This document shows, piece after piece, positions 48,038 through 57,960 of a stretch of DNA of 64,000 nt. The stretch is taken from assembly GCA_963422365.1 (NCBI GenBank), contig OY729426.1, positions 768,001 through 832,000 on the forward strand, written 5' to 3'. Both the position numbers and the translations under genes were made by a program. The notes under the pieces were generated by a model. That model did no database searches and was not told the origin of the DNA. It was given only the letters and a program-made list of their open reading frames with translations. The DNA comes from Nitrospirales bacterium (GTDB taxonomy: Bacteria > Nitrospirota > Nitrospiria > Nitrospirales > UBA8639). Positions within the stretch are counted from its first letter, which is position 1; the number at the start of each line of letters is the position of its first letter.

Positions 48038-48796
48038 ATGGGAGGGCTTGTGATGACTGATCAATCAATTTCCGTGCCTGAGATTGGTCAGGAAGAGTCG
48101 TTTCCTGAGTGGGTCACTGTCGTTGGGGTAAAAGTTCGCGACCATGGTGAGGTCAAAGTGGCTCGGACTGCAGACCCCACTCTGAAGGCGGGGGACCATG
48201 TGCTCATGGAATTAGAGAACGATATGACCTATGGCACTGTCTTTTCCCCGCCCCATCCTCAACCGTTTCTCCCTCCTATGCGAGTGATGCGGAGTATTTT
48301 TCGGAAAGCGACGGCGGAAGACGAAACCGCGATTGCCCAGCAAAAAACCATGTCCGCCTCGGGTATAGCGTTCTGTCGAGAGCGGGCCCAGGCTTTGGGT
48401 TTGCAAATGAAGGTGGTCGAAGTGTACGGGGCGCTTCAGCGGCGGGCCATGACGTTTAGCTATACGGCAGACTCTCGCGTTGATTTTCGGCAACTCGTCA
48501 AAGACTTAGCGCGCCAGTTTAATTGTTGGATTGAAATGCGGCAAATTTCCAGCAGGGAGGAAGCTCGTCGGCTGAGCGGAGTCGATACCTGTGGACTTGT
48601 CCTCTGTTGCGCAAGTTTTCTCACGGATTTTAAACCGGTGAATCTCAAGTTGTCCCATCGTGAAGCGGCTTGGTCAAATGATTCGCATCGCCTCGGGGTC
48701 TGTGGACGATTGAAATGTTGCCTCATGTTTGAAAGCGAGGATTGGCCAGCCTCAAGGGCGCCTGGTCAACAACTCATTCAACCCACTCGATTGTAA
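48038..48796 (+). CDS. PSP1 / RicT (YaaT)-like protein
   Basis: YTADSRVDFRQLVKDLA, IEMRQI, CGLVLCC, GVCGRLKCCL. Confidence 0.88.
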   Translation: MGGLVMTDQSISVPEIGQEESFPEWVTVVGVKVRDHGEVKVARTADPTLKAGDHVLMELENDMTYGTVFSPPHPQPFLPPMRVMRSIFRKATAEDETAIAQQKTMSASGIAFCRERAQALGLQMKVVEVYGALQRRAMTFSYTADSRVDFRQLVKDLARQFNCWIEMRQISSREEARRLSGVDTCGLVLCCASFLTDFKPVNLKLSHREAAWSNDSHRLGVCGRLKCCLMFESEDWPASRAPGQQLIQPTRL

Positions 48797-48834
48797 TGGT
48801 CTCGGTTTGTTCGCAATCTCAAGAGGTGTTTCAG

Positions 48835-49254
48835 ATGAGTGTCCCACCTCGTTTTATCATCTACGCCCATAACGCGACCTATGACAAATTGCACCAAGTG
48901 GCGACTCTGGCCCTTACAGCCTCGGCCATGGGAAAAGATGTGGTGGTCGTGTTGTTGTTTTGGACCATTAAAAAACTCGCTGATGGGAACCTCAATCAAG
49001 TCGACTTTCCCCCGGAGTATGCCCGCTATCATGATGAAGTGGCCCGCTTGCTTTCCGAGCGAAAGGTTCCACTTATTTCGGAAATGCTGGAAGAGGCGAA
49101 GAAGGTGGGGAAGTTTCGCCTCATCGCGTGCAGCGCCGGGTTGGAATACATGGGAGTCGACTCGGATGCCGTGGCGCAACAAGTCGATGAGGTCATGGGT
49201 CTTCCCGCAATCCTGTCACTGGCCGCGGATGCGGAAACGACCCTGTTTATTTAG
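48835..49254 (+). CDS. DsrE/DrsH-like protein
   Basis: ASAMGKDVVV...FW...LIACSAGLEYMG...TLFI. Confidence 0.8.
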   Translation: MSVPPRFIIYAHNATYDKLHQVATLALTASAMGKDVVVVLLFWTIKKLADGNLNQVDFPPEYARYHDEVARLLSERKVPLISEMLEEAKKVGKFRLIACSAGLEYMGVDSDAVAQQVDEVMGLPAILSLAADAETTLFI

Positions 49255-49329
49255 CCTGTTAGCCTGAATTTCGCAGGTGGGAATGTGATCCCTCATGAGA
49301 CCGAGACGCTCGCTGATGAGGATCAATAC

Positions 49330-49761
49330 CTAGTTTCTTTTTCTGATAAAGCGACCAGCAAGCCCAATGGCACTCGCGTCAGCAAGAATACCGGCCACCC
49401 ACTGCTGTCCATTCGTTGCCGGAAAGACGGCTGAGCCGATACAGGGCGCGGCTATCAACAATCCAAACCATTGACCAAGAAGAGTCTCTCTCGTCGCCAC
49501 CGTAAGGGCATCCCGCTCCCAATGGATGCGGTGTGCTTGCTCTTTTTCTGCCATTGTGAGTATACGTTCGGCACTGCCGGGTAACACGGTTTCATATCCT
49601 TGGTACATTGATGGAGGAGGCAGAGGCCCTGAAAATGAAGCGGCTTCAACGATGGAAATACGGACATTCTCCGGAAGTTTATCGAGAATCTCCTTTGGTG
49701 GCAGGTTGGATGACCCGATCTCTCGCGTTCTATCCTGATTTGATTGTCTCGGTTTCTTCAC
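49330..49761 (-). CDS. DUF2335-like membrane protein
   Basis: FSGPLPPP...YETVLPGSAERILTMAEKEQAHR plus two TM segments; start uncertain. Confidence 0.85.
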   Translation of the reverse strand: MKKPRQSNQDRTREIGSSNLPPKEILDKLPENVRISIVEAASFSGPLPPPSMYQGYETVLPGSAERILTMAEKEQAHRIHWERDALTVATRETLLGQWFGLLIAAPCIGSAVFPATNGQQWVAGILADASAIGLAGRFIRKRN

Positions 49762-49978
49762 TGAGATGCTCAAAAGCTCTATACATGTCGTGACCGATGT
49801 CATCGAGATCGAAAACTTGCTCGTCTTTGGGGTAGCGTGGCGGGTTGAATTCAGTCGGGCCGACGACACTCAAAGAACCAAGCGTCAGCCACGCGCCACG
49901 AGAGAACCTGCTGGGAAGAACACGAAGGACTCCTCGTGCGGGTGTCGATCGACGGAGATCTTTATAATGGTTATCCAT
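49730..49978 (-). CDS. Small hypothetical protein overlapping the DUF2335 gene start
   Basis: 82-aa ORF, co-directional and overlapping. Confidence 0.45.
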   Translation of the reverse strand: MDNHYKDLRRSTPARGVLRVLPSRFSRGAWLTLGSLSVVGPTEFNPPRYPKDEQVFDLDDIGHDMYRAFEHLSEETETIKSG

Positions 49979-49990
49979 CAGGAATTGCCT

Positions 49991-50408
49991 TTAGAAGTTC
50001 GAATGTCCCGGTGCGGTGTTGATATTCGTCACAGTGTCGTCAGCGTCGTATTCAATAGTTAAGGTGAAGGTGTCTCCAGTAAATCCTTCAATGGGACTTC
50101 CGATGATCTCCCAAGGCCCCCAAGGTCAGGACATCCATCGCGGCGTGGCCCAGTGCTCGGCCAGCAGACGGTTGATTGCCACGTTCGAGGTGAAACACAT
50201 CCGTCCGCTTTCCTTCTTTGGCGAAGGTTTTTGTGGGTTGTCCGACATTCAGCAGGACAATATCCCTGTTCTGGCCAATCTCCAAGGCACCGACATTCGG
50301 ATCGGGCTTCCCGGACATCGCCATCCCCACCGAGCAGGCTTGGAGGAAACAAGGAGAGAACGCGAAGAGGGTGAACAAAGCAAACCGTATAATGACGGGA
50401 GTCTGCAT
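49991..50408 (-). pseudogene. Lipoprotein with a single frameshift
   Basis: Lipobox LQAC...HAAMDVLTLG. One extra base at ~50113-50121; the shifted frame continues WEIIGSPIEGFTGDTFTLTIEYDADD...F*. Confidence 0.75.
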
Positions 50409-50562
50409 GGATGATTATTCCGACTTGGATTTGTCAGGTTTGTGAAAGATAGCCAATATAGTATATGGAGAGAGCAATCTATGTCAAAAGCAAGCGTCCA
50501 GATCGTAACCCATGAAATTCCTTCACAAAACAATGGGTTACACATTTGATTGAGTGCCAGCC

Positions 50563-51219
50563 TTACCGAGACGTGCGCACGCCGACTCTCTTGCAGTATT
50601 GGCTCACCGGGCACTGGCTACAAAAAGGGGAAACGGGGCGACAGAGGTGTTGCCCGAAGGGGACCAGCCAGTCGTTATAGGTGATCCAATATTTTGCGGG
50701 AAGTTTGTTCCGAAGTGCGCGTTCGGTTTCCTCAGGAGTCCTGGTCTGAACATAGCCCCACCGGTTACTGATTCGGTGAACGTGGATATCCACGCAAATC
50801 CCAGGTTTTCGATATCCGACGGTCACCACCAAATTGGCCGTCTTGCGTCCGACGCCCTTCAACGTTAAGAGTTCTTCAATCGTATCTGGAACCCGTCCTC
50901 CAAAGTCCTGGAGAAGGCTTTGGCAAATCGCTCGAATCTGCTTGGTTTTGTTTTTGTAAAATCCCACCGGATAGATGGCTTTCTCTATCGTTTTCATGGA
51001 TAGCGCATGCATGTGCTCTGGCGTGTCGGCTAACTTGAATAACCGTTGGCTGGCTTCGGATGTGGGTTGATCTTTGGTGCGGAGACTCAGAAGACAGGCA
51101 ATCAAAATACGGAAGGGGTCACGAGTTTCCCTGGCCACGACACCAAGCACCGGTTCTTCCCAGCGGCGAATGGTGCGTTTGACTCTGGAGACGACCGCGT
51201 GAATATGGACATCACGCAT
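50563..51219 (-). CDS. nth: Endonuclease III
   Basis: HhH LKGVGRKTAN, VDIHVHR, CRPVSPFCSQCPVSQYC. Confidence 0.93.
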   Translation of the reverse strand: MRDVHIHAVVSRVKRTIRRWEEPVLGVVARETRDPFRILIACLLSLRTKDQPTSEASQRLFKLADTPEHMHALSMKTIEKAIYPVGFYKNKTKQIRAICQSLLQDFGGRVPDTIEELLTLKGVGRKTANLVVTVGYRKPGICVDIHVHRISNRWGYVQTRTPEETERALRNKLPAKYWITYNDWLVPFGQHLCRPVSPFCSQCPVSQYCKRVGVRTSR

Positions 51220-51276
51220 TGAAGATTGTTAACCGTGGAACACGAAGAGATAAAAGGAAGACATGCGCAGGGGGCT

Positions 51277-51471
51277 TTATCGAAAAGATCGCTTGGCCAA
51301 CCATTTTTGTCGTCGCCGAGTAGCCTCTCGCTCTTTTGCTTTCCGCTTCACACTCGGCTTTTCGTAAAAACGTCGGCGCTTCAACTCACGGAACAAACCA
51401 TCGGCTGCGAGTTTTTTCTTCGCAACACGAAGAGCTTTCTCGACATTGTTGTTCACAACCTTGATTTCCAT
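51277..51471 (-). CDS. rpsU: 30S ribosomal protein S21
   Basis: NVEKALR...ELKRRRFYEKPSVKRK. Confidence 0.96.
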   Translation of the reverse strand: MEIKVVNNNVEKALRVAKKKLAADGLFRELKRRRFYEKPSVKRKAKEREATRRRQKWLAKRSFR

Positions 51472-51902
51472 TGTACCTCGTGATGGGTAGAATTTCCTGC
51501 TTTCTCACTATAGCGTATCTTTTACAAAAGGTAGCATATTTGTCCAGCGAGAGACAAGTTTGTCTCTAAGAACCTGACTAGCTCAAAAAAATATACATTA
51601 CCTCATGGCGCAGAACGGCGGGTACGTCAGCTGCGCACCGGTGCCGTGCTTGACGATTTGCGGCGTACATCTGCAATATCCCGCTCACGTCATCCTCCAC
51701 CATGGACCACGCAGCGTTCACCGCCTCGTCGCACACTCGACCACGTCAGGCCTCACCTCGACGACCTCACCCGAGCCGGTTTGGCCCATGCTGCACACGC
51801 CCACGACGAACTCGAAGTGCTCGGCTGGCGAAGAACCCGCCATATTGACCTTGTTGAAAACACTCGATATCGTATCAACTAGCTCTTGCGAGCAACCTGC
51901 GA

Positions 51903-53291
51903 TCAGGCTTCTTTGAGGGCAGCGATTATATCTAACACCATCTTTTTTCCGTCGCCAAACAGCATGAGGGAATTGTCTAACGCAAACAGCGGGTTCGGGA
52001 TCCCTGCGAACCCGGGGCTTAAACTCCGTTTGATAACCACCACGGTTTTCGCCTTATCCACGTCGATGATCGGCATGCCGGCAATGGGACTCGATGGATC
52101 GGTCCTGGCCAAAGGGTTGACCACGTCATTCGCGCCGATGATCAGGGCCACGTCGATTTGATCGATATAGGGATTAATGTCATCCATATCCTTGAGGGCC
52201 TCATAGGGCACATCGGCTTCGGCTAACAGAACGTTCATGTGACCTGGCATCCGACCGGCGACGGGATGAACGGCGTATTCCACCTCAATGCCACGTTCGC
52301 TGAGGAGAGAGGCGAGGCTGGCAAGAGGGTGTTGGGCTTGTGAGACCGCCATGCCATAGCCTGGAACAATGGCGACTCGTCGAGCGGCATCGAAGAGCAG
52401 TGCGACTTCCTCCGGCGAGGTGGACGTTACCCTGCCGGCGTAGACTTCGTCTGCACTGGCGCTTTCACCCGTCGGTCCCAATACGCCAAAGAGGACATTG
52501 GTCAGTGACCGATTCATGGCTTTGCACATGATTTGTGTCAGGATCAGTCCTGACGCACCGACCAGGGATCCGGTAATGATTAAGACATTATTGGACAAGA
52601 CAAATCCGGTTGCGGCAGCCGCTAATCCGGAGTAGGAGTTTAAGAGCGCGACCACGACGGGCATATCGGCTCCACCGACCGGAATGACAAGCAGGACTCC
52701 AAGGGCAGACGCCACAAGCACCAATAACCCGTAGAGAAGGATATTGGTGGGGTCGATGATCACGCCCGCGCTTAACGCAATGGCAAGAATCGCCAACACG
52801 GCATTAATGACGTGTTGGCCTGAAAACAAGACGGCATGTTCATGAATGAGGCCTCTGAGTTTTCCAAAGGCCACCAGGCTTCCCCAAAACGTGACGGCTC
52901 CGATCAGCCCGGAGGCTGCAGTGGCCACAGAAATCTGAACGAAAGGGACTCCGTCGTGGAGGGTGCTTTCTATCAAGGCGGCACCTGCCACCAACACCGA
53001 GGCAATGCCGCCAAACCCGTTAAACAACGCCACGAGTTCCGGCATGGCCGTCATTTGGATTTTTACGGCTAAGATGGCTCCTATCGCTGCCCCGATGATG
53101 ATCCCGATGAGGATGACTTCGAAGCCGACGATGTTTTGATTCGCGAGAGTAATGACGATGGCGAGCAACATGCCGCATGCACCGAGCAGGTTACCTCGAA
53201 CGGCGGTACGGGGGTGGGTCAGCCCCTTCAGGCCGAAAATAAAGAGCATGGCGGCAACGAGGTACCCTCCATTCATGAGTAAATCGGTCAT
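51903..53291 (-). CDS. pntB: NAD(P) transhydrogenase beta subunit
   Basis: MTAMPELVA, GGADMPVV, VPGYGMAV, HPVAGRMPGHMNVLLAEA. Confidence 0.97.
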   Translation of the reverse strand: MTDLLMNGGYLVAAMLFIFGLKGLTHPRTAVRGNLLGACGMLLAIVITLANQNIVGFEVILIGIIIGAAIGAILAVKIQMTAMPELVALFNGFGGIASVLVAGAALIESTLHDGVPFVQISVATAASGLIGAVTFWGSLVAFGKLRGLIHEHAVLFSGQHVINAVLAILAIALSAGVIIDPTNILLYGLLVLVASALGVLLVIPVGGADMPVVVALLNSYSGLAAAATGFVLSNNVLIITGSLVGASGLILTQIMCKAMNRSLTNVLFGVLGPTGESASADEVYAGRVTSTSPEEVALLFDAARRVAIVPGYGMAVSQAQHPLASLASLLSERGIEVEYAVHPVAGRMPGHMNVLLAEADVPYEALKDMDDINPYIDQIDVALIIGANDVVNPLARTDPSSPIAGMPIIDVDKAKTVVVIKRSLSPGFAGIPNPLFALDNSLMLFGDGKKMVLDIIAALKEA

Positions 53292-53294
53292 GAC

Positions 53295-53576
53295 TTAGGA
53301 TCTCTTTTTGAACATTTCCAGCATGCGATTGGTCACCATAAAGCCGCCGACGACATTCACGGTCGCAAAGACCACAGCCAGACCCCCAAGCATGGTCGTC
53401 AAAACTGTTTGTTGGGTGCCTGCAGACAGAATGGCTCCGACGAGCGTAATACCTGAGATGGCGTTTGCTCCCGACATGAGTGGGGTATGAAGGGTGGGAG
53501 GAATTTTGGTGATAATTTCAAAGCCCACGAATATTGCCAGGACAAAAATCGTCATGCCGGAAATGAACATCTCCAT
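53295..53576 (-). CDS. pntA: NAD(P) transhydrogenase alpha subunit part 2
   Basis: PPTLHTPLMSGANAISG, NVVGGFMVTNRMLEMFK. Confidence 0.95.
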   Translation of the reverse strand: MEMFISGMTIFVLAIFVGFEIITKIPPTLHTPLMSGANAISGITLVGAILSAGTQQTVLTTMLGGLAVVFATVNVVGGFMVTNRMLEMFKKRS

Positions 53577-53579
53577 GGC

Positions 53580-54758
53580 TTAACTCTTCTCTCCTCGCCT
53601 GCCTGCGGGAGGGCTTAAGATTTCACGGATTTGGGGATGAACAATTTCTCCATCACACGTCAAGAGGGTTCCCTTGGTGATTTCGTCTTCTCTCTCAATC
53701 GTGACCTCGCCTTTTTTCACCAAATGAAGCAAGAAGGTGGCCATGTTTTTGCTATACAGTTGGCTGGCGTGATAAGGAACCAATGAAGGAAGATTTTCAG
53801 TTCCAATAATGGTGACCCCCTTGGTCACCACCGTCTGGTTGGCTTGGGTTAATTCACAATTTCCGCCTCGTTCGGCGGCTAAATCGATAATCACCGATCC
53901 AGGAGACATGCCGGCCACCATCTCGGCCGTAATCAGGATGGGAGCCTTTTTCCCTGGAACGGCCGCGGTGGTAATCACCACGTCACTTGACGCGATGACT
54001 TTGGTGAGCAGATCTCGCTGGCGTTGATAAAACTCTTCATCCTGAGCTTTGGCATACCCTCCCTTGTCTTCCGCCTCTTGCGTCTCCAAGGGGAGATCCA
54101 CAAACTTGGCCCCAAGGCTGAGGATTTGCTCTTTGACGGCTGGTCGAACGTCATAGGCCTCCACTGAGGCACCCAGCCGGCGTGCCAGTGAAATCGCCTG
54201 CAGTCCGGCAACGCCCGCGCCGATAATCAAGACCTTGGCTGGGGCTACGGTTCCGGCTGCCGTCATCAGCATGGGAAACATTTTCGGCAGCGCATCAGCG
54301 GCCATGAGCACGGCCTTGTACCCGGCCACGGTTCCCATTGACGAGAGGACGTCCATGCTTTGGGCGCGGGTGATTCGCGGCATCAATTCCATGGCAAAGG
54401 CTCGGACTTGTCGGGTCGTCAACTGCTGGATGCTTTGGGGATTGGAAAGAGCCTCAGCCACCCCGACAATGATTTGATCGTGTTGCATCAAGGGCAGATC
54501 GGTCTTGCCTTGTTCAGGATTCGCACCCAACATTCTGACTTGGGCAATGATGTGGGCGTGTTCAAAAAGTTGCTGGCGTGAGGCGACGATGACGCCTCCT
54601 TTCTCGGTATAGGCGGCATCAGGGTATCCTGACTCTACTCCCGCCCCGATTTCAATCTGCACGTCCATTCCTCCCTTTTTCAAAGAAGGAAGGATTGCGG
54701 GAATGAGGGCAACCCGCTTTTCGTCAGGATAGGTTTCTTTAGGAACACCGATGATCAT
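53580..54758 (-). CDS. pntA: NAD(P) transhydrogenase alpha subunit part 1
   Basis: PRITRAQSMDVLSS, GAGVAGLQA, DLAAERGGNC. Confidence 0.96.
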   Translation of the reverse strand: MIIGVPKETYPDEKRVALIPAILPSLKKGGMDVQIEIGAGVESGYPDAAYTEKGGVIVASRQQLFEHAHIIAQVRMLGANPEQGKTDLPLMQHDQIIVGVAEALSNPQSIQQLTTRQVRAFAMELMPRITRAQSMDVLSSMGTVAGYKAVLMAADALPKMFPMLMTAAGTVAPAKVLIIGAGVAGLQAISLARRLGASVEAYDVRPAVKEQILSLGAKFVDLPLETQEAEDKGGYAKAQDEEFYQRQRDLLTKVIASSDVVITTAAVPGKKAPILITAEMVAGMSPGSVIIDLAAERGGNCELTQANQTVVTKGVTIIGTENLPSLVPYHASQLYSKNMATFLLHLVKKGEVTIEREDEITKGTLLTCDGEIVHPQIREILSPPAGRRGEKS

Positions 54759-54966
54759 GTTTTCATCACGAGAAAATATCGTATCGCGCCTGCATGAAAA
54801 AGAATCGATTTTAAAAAAGCAGAATTAATTACCATAAATATTTCATCAGAATCAATGAGTTTTTGTGTGTTGGAGGTAAACAGGTCGGGTTGGAACAGTC
54901 AGAAGGGGATTGTAGCCTGAATTTCGCACGTCTCGCTACGACGAGGTGTGAGAAATCCAATCCAGG

Positions 54967-56271
54967 CTAGGCGCCGTAGAGTGTTTCCACTATGTGGCTG
55001 GTTTGAAAAAGCAACGCGTGCAGCCGCGTATAGCAAGCATGGCCGAAGAGGTGCTCCTGAGGGGACAAGTCTGTCGCCCCATAATCAATTAATAGGCACT
55101 CCCCATCGTTAGGGCAACGGGTTACCCGTCGGGTGCATTCCAACCAACGTTCAAATCCGTCATACGGCTCCAAATTTTCGCGTAAGGCTTGGTTCAGTTC
55201 CTCTTCCCATGGTGAGGCGGGTACGGTATCCGTTCCCGCGACAGCAAGCTGGTGCACATAGTCACCGCCGGAAGCCATGGGCATTTCCATGATAATTTGC
55301 GGCAGCTCCATTTTGGCCAGCCAACGTTTGCCATCTTGTCGGATAGGCCGATGATTCACGATGTGGAGGAGTTTTCCTATACTATCCGTGTCCCAGCCGT
55401 ACCGAATGGGCGTGCCCAGAGTCACAACGTCTAGCGAGGGCCACGCTTCAAATTGGTTCTTGGCTAACAATCGGTCCAGTTCCTGCAACTGTTGAATCGA
55501 TGCCGATGGGGCATCCAGTTGCTCGTAATAATGGGCCAATGTTTCAAACACGATTTCACGAAGCGAGGATTCCCCCTGGACAATCAAGTTGGACAGGAGG
55601 GCCGGCAATTGGCCGGCGTGGCCATACGCCACAATCAACATGCGATCGTTGGCCTGTAAGTCTTGTTGTGTTTTGAGGTGATTGAGTTCGTGCAAGAGAG
55701 CCAAGGCCCCTTCCATTCGACCCAGATGGTGGTGCCGGGACGACCAAAGGTAGCGTTGGACGACCAAAGGTAGCGCGTGGGAATTTGTGAGTCCGTCCTG
55801 GAGGCCGTTGACGTATTGTTTGGAAAAATTTCCTTTGTCATTGAGAAGGTTGTCCAGCTGTATTTTGGTTGCTTCGTCATTGGCAAAGGGTGGCTTGCAG
55901 GAAGGGTCATGAGGCAGGCATTGAGATTCATTGGGGCGAAGTGCCGCCAGGAGAGATTCTAGCCCTGGAATGCCACGAGAATAGCCACGCTTGAGACCTC
56001 CGAGTTCATCAAGACGTCCTGATCCAAAAAGGTCTGCCCCCAAATAGGAACCATACACCAAGACGACCGCGCGGACCCCCCCGTCCCATATGCTTTTGCC
56101 TAGGTGTTCGAGTGCCTCACGCCAGGGAGGGGAAAAAGTCGGAGCCCCAGGTGCAAACGACACATACTTGGCTCGATCCCCTGGATCTGAACGGGAATAC
56201 CTGGAATGCAGAAAATTATTTCCCTGTGGCATAAGCAGGTATCCTTGTTGAGAAGCTGACGGGATTTTCAA
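54967..56271 (-). CDS. Hypothetical protein, possibly alpha/beta-hydrolase-like
   Basis: 434-aa ORF; VAYGHAG and VVTLGTP resemble a degenerate hydrolase fold with no catalytic Ser. Confidence 0.65.
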   Translation of the reverse strand: MKIPSASQQGYLLMPQGNNFLHSRYSRSDPGDRAKYVSFAPGAPTFSPPWREALEHLGKSIWDGGVRAVVLVYGSYLGADLFGSGRLDELGGLKRGYSRGIPGLESLLAALRPNESQCLPHDPSCKPPFANDEATKIQLDNLLNDKGNFSKQYVNGLQDGLTNSHALPLVVQRYLWSSRHHHLGRMEGALALLHELNHLKTQQDLQANDRMLIVAYGHAGQLPALLSNLIVQGESSLREIVFETLAHYYEQLDAPSASIQQLQELDRLLAKNQFEAWPSLDVVTLGTPIRYGWDTDSIGKLLHIVNHRPIRQDGKRWLAKMELPQIIMEMPMASGGDYVHQLAVAGTDTVPASPWEEELNQALRENLEPYDGFERWLECTRRVTRCPNDGECLLIDYGATDLSPQEHLFGHACYTRLHALLFQTSHIVETLYGA

Positions 56272-56572
56272 TCATCTCCCATGGTTTCGTTTCCCATTGC
56301 GTTCAATCACGATGACCCTCGATGACGGTCACGACAGAGAGATGGTCGGGACGAATCAGGTAGATGATTCGATCGTTTCGGAAGATCCGTTCCCGAACGT
56401 GGTCTTGCTCTCCTTCGGGGACCTTACGGCCGAGCTTGGAATAGTCGATCAGTATCTCGGTGGCGGCGATGATCTTTTCGGCAAACTGCCTGGCATGGGA
56501 AGGGGAATCTTTCGCGATAGAATTTTTGATGTCACGCAGATCAACCCTGGCACGGTGTGATCATTTCCGCAT
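56270..56572 (-). pseudogene. ParE/RelE toxin pseudogene
   Basis: MRK*SHRARVDLRDIKNSIAKDSPSHARQFAEKI...KLGRKVP / VRERIFRNDRIIYLI / VVTVIEGHRD*, with stops and frameshifts. Confidence 0.75.
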
Positions 56573-56705
56573 TGCCTGGAATCTCAGTCGTAAGCGCTTC
56601 ATGCGGAATTGTGCGACCTGCCTCAATATCCGCCAATCCTTCCTCCATCTTTTGTTTGACATACAACTCATACATGATGTCATTCCACGTTGCCTGGTCA
56701 GGGTT
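56535..56705 (-). pseudogene. Truncated antitoxin upstream of the ParE-like toxin
   Basis: PDQATWNDIMYELYVKQKMEEGLADIEAGRTIPHE; an in-frame stop just upstream removes the N-terminus. Confidence 0.7.
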
Positions 56706-56952
56706 AAGAAATTCCCGGCTCGAATGTTCTTAAGCAATTGGCCTAGATCAAAGTGAAGAGTCTGCATCGTTCTTCCTCACGGCCCAATCCCTCATTTCGC
56801 TCAGTTGACCCTGGGAAAATGAGCATGATAAGTTGTTACTATGGCTTGAAACATGAGGCATTTCAAGTTGTTGAAGTTCGAAGAGAAACAACCGGCTCCG
56901 TTATCACACGAATCCGCGTGTTCGCACTCACGCCAAGCACTATGAGATTTAT

Positions 56953-57960
56953 ATGACGAAAACCTTTATCCGTATCACCATTTTGCTCTTGGGACTCTCG
57001 TCTCTCGTTTTTCCGGAGAAAAGTCCGGTTTGGGCTTCATCCCCAACCCAAGCCGACCATGTCCTGCTTTTTGTCTTAGAAGGTGTGGGCAATGACGTCA
57101 TTCAAAATGGGACCATGCCGGTTCTTCAAAAGCTCGCCCAAGAAGGGGCGGTTACCTGGAAGGCTCAATCGGTGTCTCCGCCATTCACGGTGCCGGCCAT
57201 GGCAAGTCTCCTGACGGGGTTGCCTGTCAAGAAGCATCGTGTGAATCAAGAATGGGAAACGTACGATTTTTCCCGGTCTTTTCTTCGTTCTCCTACCCTG
57301 TTTGATTATCTGGATCTCGCCGGCGGGGTCGATACCGCGCTCTTCATCATGGATGAGCGGTTTTATCAGCTTGCCAGACCAGAAATTTACGTGGATATGC
57401 AAACATGTGGGAAAGCCAAACCGCAGTGTAATCCGTCCACACAGGTGGAATATATTAAAGATTACCTGAAAAAAGTTACCAGCGAAGGCGGCTATAATTT
57501 TCGTATATTCGCGGTCCCGGGGCTCCTGGTGGCTCACCTCCCTGAACCAGCGGATGTCGCCCAAAAACGTGGATGGGGCTCAAGGCAGTATACCCAAGCC
57601 CTCCAAGCGGTTGATACGGCCATCGCGGACATTATGACGATCTATCACACGCACGGTGTCCTGGACAACACCATGGTCATGGTGACGGGCTTACAGGGAC
57701 AGGGTTCCCCTCAAGCCTCGAATGCGAAAATGGCCGCGGGTGAACACCAACAATCCCCTGTGCCTTGGCTTGCCTGGGGTGCGAATGTGAAGCCGGGGTA
57801 TACCATTCTCAATCACGTGAGTATCATGGATATTGGGGCAACGGTGCTTGCAGCGCTCGGATTGGAAACCCATACGGAATGGGAAAGTCGAGCGTTGACG
57901 GAAATTTTTCAAAAGAGACCAGAACGAAGGACAACGGGAAATGAGATGCTCGCTCCTTAA
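56953..57960 (+). CDS. Alkaline phosphatase / phosphodiesterase superfamily protein
   Basis: Signal peptide; HVLLFVLEG, SVSPPFTVPAMASLLTG, MDIGATVL. Metal ligands look degenerate. Confidence 0.75.
   Translation: MTKTFIRITILLLGLSSLVFPEKSPVWASSPTQADHVLLFVLEGVGNDVIQNGTMPVLQKLAQEGAVTWKAQSVSPPFTVPAMASLLTGLPVKKHRVNQEWETYDFSRSFLRSPTLFDYLDLAGGVDTALFIMDERFYQLARPEIYVDMQTCGKAKPQCNPSTQVEYIKDYLKKVTSEGGYNFRIFAVPGLLVAHLPEPADVAQKRGWGSRQYTQALQAVDTAIADIMTIYHTHGVLDNTMVMVTGLQGQGSPQASNAKMAAGEHQQSPVPWLAWGANVKPGYTILNHVSIMDIGATVLAALGLETHTEWESRALTEIFQKRPERRTTGNEMLAP

Noticed and set aside
51600..51900. GC-rich stretch between rpsU and pntB
   Set aside because: Probably a gene remnant, but I could not assign a family in any frame.
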